This document shows, piece after piece, positions 1-9,348 of a DNA stretch of 20,000 nucleotides; position 1 is the first letter of the stretch; each line of letters opens with the position of its first letter. The stretch is from Chromera velia (Eukaryota), in the NCBI GenBank assembly GCA_018398765.1, contig JAHBMJ010000299.1:113269-133268 (forward strand), given 5' to 3'. The notes beneath the pieces were generated by a model. The model was not told the DNA's origin. It made no database searches and saw nothing but the letters and a program-made list of their open reading frames with translations. A program made the position numbers and the translations under genes.

Positions 1-3000
1 GGCTTCGTCTTTGCTCTCGAAAAAGAACGACTTTTTTGGGCCTTCTCATGCCTTCCTCTCTTCCCCTGTGGCTTCCCTCCCGCGTCGCTCTCTTTCGGGC
101 CTAAAGATTTTTCTCTCGGGGGCTGTTCAGGTCCTACTGCTGAGGTAGGAGAGGGCCCCGGCATGCTTGCAGATGTGGGACTCCCTCCGATTGGGAGCGG
201 AGGGCTTGCCGGGGCCGCTGTGGATGTGTTGGCCCCCCCTCTGCCTGTCTGAGGGATGCGCCCCGGGCTATCTGTGCCTGCCCCCCCGCCATCTCTTTCC
301 TCAACAGAGAAGGAAGAAGACCCCGCTGACTGCCGAGACCCCCTCCTTGCCCCGTCCACCGAGCTCTCTTTGTCAACCTCCAGAATCCATGGAACCTGCA
401 AACACGCACACACATATAAAGATATACATAAAAACAGTCAGTAAGTCAGTCAGTCAGAATATTGGTAGCAGACCGACAGAAAATCGAAATGGTTTTTCTT
501 TTTTTGTGTCATACAGATGGCCGACCGACCGACCGACAGACTGGACGGCCGGACGACAGACAAACCGCCAGGCAAGCAGGTAGACAGGCGCACGGGCAAA
601 CAAGCATGCATGCATGTAGACAAGCATGTAAACATGAAAAAGGGAAGATTTTTGCTCTTGCACCCTTTCATTCCCTGGCAGACCGGGCCATGAAATCCGT
701 CACTCGCTTGCTTTCTCACCTGAAGGAGCGACGAAATAATCTGCGCATACCGCCTGCCTTCTGCCAAGATCAAACCGCAGTCGCCCCACTTGATGGTCTC
801 GCCTGCGGGGTTCAGGATCACCTGCATGCACGAATATTCGCATTAAGGAAGGAAGGACGGCAAAATTTAAAAAAGTCAATCTGTTAGCAGTTTTGTGTTT
901 GTGGTAAAAACCCTTCGATTTTTTTGCATCTACATTTTCGACTTGCTTACAGGGGCTTTAGCCGCAACCACAGAAACATGAATGAATGCATGGATGAATG
1001 ATTAAGCTTGTGCTCACTCACTCTCTCAAACAGATTAAGGGGGGGGGGGAGATCGCACGTGTCATAGGTTTTGTGAGAAAAAACCAGTAATGACATGCCC
1101 CCCACCCCTATTCATAGGCAGATGCAACTCTTCGCTCTGCCCCCCTCTCCCTTGCCGATGCCCCCACTCACCTTCTCCTCCCTCTGCATGTACTCAGCAG
1201 AGATTGTGCCCCTGGTGGGACTTGTTCCGCCCGATCGAGCAGTCTGTCCTGCGGCGGGAGTGAAGGAGGCTCTCGCCCTTGTTGGGACTTCAATTCCGTT
1301 CCCTACCACGCCACCGCGACTCCCCCCCGTTTCCTCCTCTACCACTCCCCTTCCTTCCTCTAAGTCCTCCAACATCTCCCTTTCCTCTGCCGACCCCGCA
1401 CCTGATGCAGCGAGGGCGGCAGTCACGGCATTTCTCTCCGGCTCCCCAGCGACCTCCTCGACTGGCCGCACGATGCCGAACAGGGTAACGGATAGCACCT
1501 CGTTCAAACCAAGAACAAGCTCCTTGAAAGGTTTTCCTACCAGGACTTCGGGGAACGCAAAACGATAACACTCTATGTGAGTGCCCTGTGCATATTCTTT
1601 GAACCTTTCCTCCTCTTTCCAACCAAGCGAAGCATGTGTGTCGGTCTGTTTCTCTTCCTTCTCCCTCTGTCTCTTGTTGGTCGCTTGCTCCGTTTCTGTG
1701 GGGTTTAGAGGAATCTCTGCCGATCTCAGAAGGTTCGTCACCAGCGTGGAGAGACCCGGGGCATCTGTGCAGCTCTTTGCCAAGAAGCGCATCTTCAATT
1801 CAGTGAAGCAGACAACAGACTCACACCCGAGAGAGAATGCAAGCTCTCTGGCTGAGTCCTGCATCAGCTGGACCACAACCCTCGACATGGGCACAAACTT
1901 CCTCAAGCCGAGACACCGAATGATCGTGTTCCTGTCCTCTTGCACAGGATTGGTGGCTTTAGCGTCTGAAAAGACAAAAACGGCCTGTGCATCAGATGCA
2001 TACACTGAAGATAAATCATCCAACTCTCCAAAATCTCCCGCATCCCCTTTTTTAACTCCCATCCGAATACCGTACAGGTCGTTTGCACTTGCGATGTTCT
2101 CTGCGTACAGATTTGGATCCTGAGGGGTTAGGATGAGGATTTTTTTCGGGATCTTGTCGGAGAATGCAACGAGCTCTGAAAGGAAAACGTCAACCTGCTC
2201 GGGCAGTACAGGACCGATCAGCAACACAAAATTCCCCTTGTCCCAACCACTCGGCATTGTGCCTCTGCTAATAGCAGGTGCGTGTGCAAGATCTACGAGC
2301 AGCTGGAACTGCCCGGGGATCCACAGGAGGATGAAGACGACGAACACGATCGTGAAAACACGGGTGACGTATCTCTTCGGAGACAAATCGCCATACCCGA
2401 TAGTCGAGATCGTGATGATGGCGAAGTAGATGTAGTCAGGCCAGATGCCGTGGTTGGACTCACCGTCATCGATGGAGCCGTCCGTGTTCGACCCCTCGAA
2501 AATGAAAAAAAGGGACGCGTAGATCATCAGTGCAGCGAAGAGCGCAAGAGTGATGGAGATCACCTGAAGTCTTGACGGGTTGATCAAAGGGAAATTTCTT
2601 TGCAGGTTCTTCATCGTGCCGTACAATCTGAGGAATCTAAGAAAACCGAAAATGGTCATGAAGTCCCTCCCCCCCTCGACTGGGTGATCCTTCAGCACGA
2701 GGGACTCGATCAGCCAAATGAAGGGAGGCAGGGTGATATTCTCCAACAGGGCGGTCCCCGAGAAGAGAAGTTTCCGTTTGGGATTCGAAGCCACGACCCT
2801 GATGATGAAATCGCAAGTGATCTGCACTCAGTCAGCATGGGAAGATCAAGGAGAAGAAGAAGAAGGAGAAGGGAAATCGAATCGAATCGAAATCCGGTGC
2901 ACTGACTAGAGACACACATATGTGTTGCGACAGAGGATAGCTGAGAGGGGACAAAAAGACGGTCCCTTTTTTCTTTCTTTGTATCCTTCATTGCTCTGTC

Positions 3001-4653
3001 GCAAGACTGGAGTCCAGACGAGAGGAGTCGAGTGAAGGAATGCTGACACCGTGGGGCAAGAAAACGACCGTGGCAGGGTCTCTCTCTGTGTGAATGTAAT
3101 TCCAAAAGATCGATCACCAGTTCTGTCAAGAGGTGCTAGTATGTGACGCGGGGCAGAAAGAGAACCTGAACGTTTCTTTTTTGTGCGTCCCACGGCCTCT
3201 ACAGCACTCAAGAAACGAAGAGAAGCACTTCCAAAACCATGCATCAGTCAGCTCACAACACGGCTGCCTTTTCATTCAACCAATGAATCTATCAGCCATT
3301 GAAGTGATCAAGCGCACAGCCAGTCTTACCCCCCCGTCTTCACCAACCAACGGACAGACCTACCGATGCCAAAAAGACCTTCTCACCAAAGAAGTACCAC
3401 TCCGGTATTTTCTTGAAGCTCCAGGGGATCGGAGCCACTTGATTTTCTCCGGGAGGCGGGCGTCTCCAGTAGGAGGTTCCGATGAGCCACCAGATCCCCC
3501 AAATGAAGTTCCGCAGCAGCCTACTCATCCGAAATCCCCTCCAGTTATGGAAAGCAACAGCTGACCGACTGGCCATTCGCCAAAAGAGTGACCAGCCCAC
3601 AAGACACGAGGTCCATTTACCCTCTTTGGAATATTGGATTTGCACCAATGGGGGTAGTCTCTCCTGTTTTTTCTTCAAGCTCTCTAGGAACCCAGGAATA
3701 CAACAAAAGAACCCCCGAAACCCTTCCCCTAATACGCGGGCATCCTCACCCGCAAGCTGATGATTTTGGCTTCGGAGTAACTCCAAGCACAGAGTCATCA
3801 CGGCGGAACTGAGAATGAGAAAGACGATACCGAAGAAAAAGTCAAGAACCAGAAGGCCTAAATCCTTCCGACATGCGACGTGATCACAGTTGTAGTAGCT
3901 TCCGAAGAACGAGACCACGTAAGCAGACAGAAAAGCGAAAATCAGAAACCCCCTGAAGAATCCCAAAAGAGTTTTGGACGGGGAAGTCCCCAGCTCATCG
4001 GCAGCAGCAGGGTTCACCTGAACAAGAGGGAGGAGGGAAGGCAGAAGCGAAAGCAAACAGCAATACGACAGGAAAATGCCGCTCTTCAGAAGCAATCGAC
4101 GTACAATGAGAAGGAACAGAAGAATTCAGAAGATCACGAATCGGTGATGCGTGACTTCACTGACAATAAAGAAAGAGCAGGGATCAGAACTCAGAGAAGG
4201 AGAGGGAATGATGCACCCCAGGAAGGAAAGGGGCAGTGAGAAAGAAAATGTGGGAATCTTCAGTGGGAAGTCCGGAGATGCGGGAGGCGGGCGAACGGTT
4301 GAAATATCATAGGCGGGGTCTATGAGCAGACAGGGCGACTGACTGACTTTGATCGTGGTCACTGACGCCTTCCGGGGGCGCGATTGGCTTTCTTTGGAGT
4401 GCCTAGAGAGCGAATTCCCCCAAAACCGCAAACGCATGAGAGACTTGATCATCAGTCTACGGGTCCTTTTCTGCACATCCTCGAGCTCGGTCTCGCTATG
4501 CCTGACTCTCCTTCCCTCCGGCCTCATGAAGTCTCCACTGTCTCCTTCTGGAAGCTCTGTATCAAGAGAAACGTCGGCCCGGGGGTAAGAGGATCGCCTC
4601 CTCCCGACACCTGCTGGGGGCCTCGGGACCTCGTCTATCGGCAGCGTCGGCAT
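1..4653 (-). CDS. Slo/BK-family (calcium-activated-type) potassium channel, 3'-truncated by the window edge. Exons 4653-4348, 4017-3364, 2821-1172, 821-720, 395-<1
   Basis: Pore signature TISTIGYGD; S4-like FGFLRFLRL; RCK1-like DAQAVFVFS..EDRNTIIR..CFTELKMRFLAKSC..PGLSTLVTNL, then EYAQG..LVGKPF and VILNP..GDCGLILA, matching Slo1 order. All four introns are GT-AG, phase 0, and join in frame (TTIK|VNPA, VFLAS|ITCDFIIRV, REEK|VILNP, LLQ|VPWI). The start ATG at 4653 is less certain than the rest. Confidence 0.9.
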
Positions 4654-5341
4654 CCTCTCTGTACAGCCGCAAACTGTTCCCCCCTCTGCCGGCAAATAAG
4701 TCTGGCCGAGCGAAGAGTGTCTGACTTAACCTCTCTGTTGCAAGAGCTCTACAAAGTGAATACGTTGGCAATGACATGCAAGACTGTCGCAAGCAAGATA
4801 CAACCAAGGCATGGGTGTTGCTCCCTCTGGGAGACTTGTGTGAGAGGCACGATTCTCGGACGCACCAGAATCACCGGCAAGTTCAGCACACGCTGGCCGG
4901 AATGAGACACAATAAAGGGACGGCTGCATGCACAGCCATGTGAGGTTGCAACATATGTAAAGTGGAGAGGTGAAAGGCGGTCGTATAAGTGATGCTCAAT
5001 CCAGCTCTGCTCAGTCTGCCATTTCAGAGGAGACGGTGGAGACTTCTGTTGCTTCTGTGTTCGCGCGATTGGTCGGCCCTGCGAGCAGGGGCCGCGGGCC
5101 CCATGCACTGACGCCGGATCAAAAGGCCAGAGATTGAACCTTGAAAGAAAAGATTGAACTTTTATTTTAGACTTTAGACAAAACTTCTAGCATACATTTT
5201 TTTTTTTGTTAAGTAAGCCTTTTGTTAGATCCGCCTCTCATACATGGGGACGCGGCATGCATGAAAAAACCCCCAATCATCATTTTGTCTCATACTTAGT
5301 CACTTAGTGTTCACTCCCACACACAAAACTTAATGAAAAAT

Positions 5342-5859
5342 TGTGGAGTCCTACCCTGTGGTGCCGCCCTCTGTGGAGTCCTACTCTATGGCGCCACCCT
5401 CTAGACCCTCGCATGCGCTGTATCTGAATGAGCCCGCATGCCGATGCCATACTCCGCCACCGCATGTATACGCAATCGACTTGCATGCATGTACGTGTCG
5501 CGCACGTCGATCAAAGTTGTTGAAGTCGATCGAGTCTGACCTTCATATTCAAGCATGCAACAATGTCATGGTACTTGAGCAACGGATAACATCTTTTGAG
5601 TCTGATATCTGTTTGTCATAGATCAAGAGAGCTCTAGAGTCTGAGAGAGAGGAATAAGCAGATTCTGAAACCGTGTATGATAGAATAAATCTAGTTGATT
5701 GAAATCCCAGATCGCTCTAGAGATAAACTTTCTTTAAACTGTTGCCTGACTGAGTGTTGCTCATATTCTTTTTCTAGATCAGATTCTTCCTAAGGTTCTT
5801 ATCCTTGCTTTACCTTCTGTCTGGACGCCATAAGGTAAACAGACAGAAGGGACAAAGCA
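5342..5859 (+). repeat. 5' LTR (518 bp)
   Basis: Aligns end to end with 8837-9348 at roughly 93% identity (manual count) with one 6-nt indel; TG...CA termini. Confidence 0.92.
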
Positions 5860-5862
5860 TTG

Positions 5863-5875
5863 TGGTGAACGCTCA
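5863..5875 (+). promoter_or_regulatory. Putative primer-binding site (TGGTGAACGCTCA)
   Basis: Begins with TGG 3 nt downstream of the 5' LTR; cognate tRNA not identified. Confidence 0.45.
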
Positions 5876-8793
5876 ACTTGATGAGTATCGACTCTCATGT
5901 ACCTTCTATGATAGAGATCAGATCTGTCTCTTTGTGCAACAGTTGAAATCCGATTGCAATGATACGGGCATGGTCAGGTAAAGACTATGAGTAGGGGAAT
6001 TCAGTGTCCCCTTATATCCCAAGCTGCCTGGAGCCCTGTTTCGGAGATCCCCTTCGAGTCTGATCCTGAACTTTGCCTTTGTCCTTGGGTGGAGAGCCCT
6101 AGCGAGAGCCCGAAGATCTTTGGAGGTCGCCAAAGCCGATGGTGGAGACGTTGCTTGGTGTTACTCGGGACTTTGAAGAGCCTGATGTTATTGAGAATGC
6201 CACCTATAAGCAGATCGCAATCCAAACGGCCAGTTGAGTGTTTTCCTTATGTCTGCTGATTCTGCAACTGTCTCCGTCTTCCGGACAAGAGTCGGCTGAT
6301 CACCTTCACTTGTCTTTGCTGTTGGTTGCTTGCTTGTCTACGTAAGGCTGACCATCTTCGTGGCCTGCAAACGCTCCAGCGTGTCTGAGTCTGCCTGGAC
6401 TGGTCCTCCGGCAGCGTCCAAATATAAAAAAACGCCCTTCGTCTCTTTATGTGCCTGCAATACTGCCATTTTCTTCAAAGAGAGAGCTTGTCGCTTCTGG
6501 CTGTCCAGGTGTCGTGTGGATTATTCGATAAGTGGCCGTTCGATCGAGTGCATGAGACTGTGCATGCTTGTTAAACAGACAGAAGGGACAGGTGGCGGCG
6601 TACCATATGGACCAACGCAGTGACGACCGGTATGCTAGCCGGGAAAGGCCTTCTGCTCTGGGACCCCGACGTAGTGAGCTTGGAGTAGGAAGGAGGGGGA
6701 AGTAAGGAAGGGGTATAAAATGACATCAAGCCTGCCCTCGACGGTAAGAGAGGCAGAAGGGTCGCGGCAGACCTACTGAGAGACAGAGTAGGGCACACGG
6801 CAGCTGCCGCCTCGTCTCTCACCGGCGTCGGCACATTTTTAACTAACCGGGAAGGGCAAGAGGGGGTCATGGGAGAAGGGGAGGGAAGGGGGAAGAGGGG
6901 GTGAAAGCGGGGAACAAAGAGGAAGGGAAGGGGAGGGAAAAAGGGTGGGGAAAAGGGGGAGAGGGGGGTTGCTTCGGGGTGGGGGGGCGAATTGAATCGA
7001 GGCTGGCCGAGAGTATGCGAAGTACTAGCGACTGAGTGTGACTAGAGCGTCTTTTATCTGGAGTTAAGAGTTTATGTGTCGAAAGGAGCAGCAAGGGGAT
7101 AAAACGAGACAGAAAGAAGAGACGAGATAAAAAGAGACTAGCAGGGCAGTCTGTAATATGTCCGGTCCCTTCCCTTCCTCCCTTTATGCAGCTACTGACA
7201 CGCGCGGTGTGTGTTTGTGCTCGACGAGACCGTCGAGTCCTTCTGTCGACGAGGACTCCAACTCGATTGCCTACCCCTACGTCAGCTACGTATGAAAAGG
7301 GCAGAGGACTGCCTAATTGACAATGTCGCCGCCATGTGCTAATGCCTGCGTGTGCCCGCGACTGCCTGTGACCGCCCTTGCGCCCCTGCACTGAACTTGG
7401 AGGAAGGATTAAGCTCATTACAAGGCTGAGCATCAAAGAGGCAGACTACAAGAACGATAAGTCGAGCGCCGCATATGCCGTACATTTGAAACTTCTGGGA
7501 CTCCTTTTGGAAGAGTGACCTTCCTTCTCTCTCGGCTTCTCTTAGCTTTTAAATTGCTTTGCCCGTGGCTTCGGAGTCAGACCCCTCATATGGCTGAGAG
7601 CACGAGCGCACGAGGGGGCGCCAGGCCCTTCATTCGCTGTCTCCTTTTCGTTTCTGTCTGCTGCTTTAAAACGTTTTGTGTTATCCCCGGTTTCTTTCTT
7701 TAAGAGAAAAAGACTGGATTCCGAAGAGGCCGAGGAAAAATGAGTAGAGGAGGAGCAAACTTAAGAAAGAACGAATCTTGAGAGAAACAGAAAGAGATGT
7801 CTGTTTCAACGAGAAGAGAAGAAGAAGAAAAAAGAAAACGAGGGGATAGCCCGTACATGTCTCTTTGTCCCTTCTGTATCTTCTCCCTGCAGGGAGATGT
7901 CGGTGCTTTGGAAGCCCTTTGGGGTCTCTGGGTATCGCCTCTCCCCCTCGCAGTACGGGAGTTGATGAGAGCCTTGGTGGAGCCAGCCGCCTCTGCGCAA
8001 GCATCTATGTGGAGCCAGACGGTATGCCGGCGGGCGTCTCCCTCCGATAAGTCTGACCAAGTGCCGTTCATTCATTGATGTCTGTTCTTGGGTGTTCGGT
8101 CGATCTACGGTGTTGTTAACAACAGGCAAAGACGCGTATGCAGTCTTCGGGAAGGAAGTGAGATAGAAGAGAGAGAAGGCAGGGAAGGGAGAGCAAAGCG
8201 GGAGTGAGAAGTAAGGAAGCAAAAGAGAGAAAGATGGAAAAAGAAAATATAGAAAGCTGGGTAGAAGACTGTGAGCGTATGCATCGGCATGGAGATGCAT
8301 GCGTGCATGTGACCACGTGGGCCTGACTGTGCCTCACTGTGTCTTTCTCTCTGTCGCTCTTTCTGTCTAGCATTTCCGACTCGTTCTTTCTTTCTGGGGG
8401 GTACAAAAGGTTAATGGAGAGCTGGGAAAAACGTAAGACCTTGCAATGGGAAGCTTGCGGCCATCGAATGACAGACCCTACTGTCAGGTAGGGAGGGTAT
8501 GCTTCTGCAGACCCCGGGCAAGCCGACATCCCTAAAACAGGCTTTTCGAGGAAAGACCTGGTGGCTTGGCGTTGCCAGCAAGGCAGTGGTGATAGTAACT
8601 TTGTGTACATTAATCTGATTGACTTGCATCAATAGGAGGAAACTTTTCTGCTTGTCAGCTTTCGCGTCTAGATTTTTTCAACTACCTCCTTGAAGGTGTT
8701 CTGTTAGTTACATGGGTTTGCATTGTATCTAGTTGATCGTGTCCTTTTGCTCACCTTTTTTCCCTTTCCGCGCATGCTTGAATATGTCTGACT

Positions 8794-8836
8794 AATCGCG
8801 GGGACGCGATTTTCTTGTCAGTGGCCGGGGGGGATC
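8794..8836 (+). promoter_or_regulatory. Pre-PPT hairpin and polypurine tract
   Basis: AATCGCG-GGGA-CGCGATT perfect 7-bp stem (8794-8811), then GGGGGGGA (8827-8834) ending 2 nt before the 3' LTR. Confidence 0.7.
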
Positions 8837-9348
8837 TGTGGAGTCCTACCCTATGGTGCCACCCTCTGTGGAGTCCTACCCTGTGGCGCCGCCCTCTGGA
8901 CCCTTGCATGCGCTGTATCTGAATGAGCCCACGTGCTGACGCCATGCTCCGCCGCCGCATGTATACGCAATCGACTTGCATGCATGTACATGTCGCGCGC
9001 GTCGATCAAAGTTGTTGAAGTCGATCGAGTCTGACCTTCGTATTCAAGCATGCAACATGTTACTCGAGCAACGGATAGCATCTTTTGAGTCTGATGTCTG
9101 TTCGTCATAGATCAAGAGAGCTCTAGAGTCTGAGAGAGAGGAATAAGCAGATTCTGAAACCGTGTATGATAGAATAAATCTAGCTGATTGAAATCCCAGA
9201 TCGCTCTAGAGATAAACTTTCTGTAAACTGTTGTCTGACTGAGTGTTGCTCACGTTCCTTTTCTAGATCAGATTCTTCCTAAGGTTCTTATTCTCGCTTT
9301 ACTTTCTGTCTGGACGCCATAAGGTGGCCGGACAGAAGGGACAAAGCA
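8837..9348 (+). repeat. 3' LTR (512 bp)
   Basis: Direct repeat of 5342-5859; TG...CA termini; followed by the AAAT target-site duplication. Confidence 0.92.

Larger units (their letters stand above)
5342..9348 (+). mobile_element. Non-autonomous LTR retroelement (~4.0 kb, LARD/large-TRIM-like, probably Ty3/Gypsy-dependent)
   Basis: Two ~515-bp direct repeats start TGTGG and end AAGCA. AAAT flanks both sides (5338-5341, 9349-9352). TGG lies 3 nt after the 5' LTR, and a GGGGGGGA polypurine tract precedes the 3' LTR. No long ORF or RT/RNase H/integrase motif seen inside. Confidence 0.88.

Noticed and set aside
1095..2905. Several + strand ORFs (e.g. 1095-1568, 1581-2123)
   Set aside because: Antisense shadows of the channel exon; no motifs of their own.
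2822..3363. Possible extra channel exon near 3000-3130
   Set aside because: The flanking exons join directly to give a sensible S2 helix (EKVFLASITCDFIIRV); no convincing splice pair inside.
5342..5401. 30-bp direct repeats as a CRISPR array
   Set aside because: Units are adjacent with no spacers, occur only in pairs inside LTRs, and the context is eukaryotic.
5908..6531. Possible decayed gag in the sense frame after the PBS
   Set aside because: About nine stops in ~200 codons is near random, and no zinc knuckle or capsid motif is visible.
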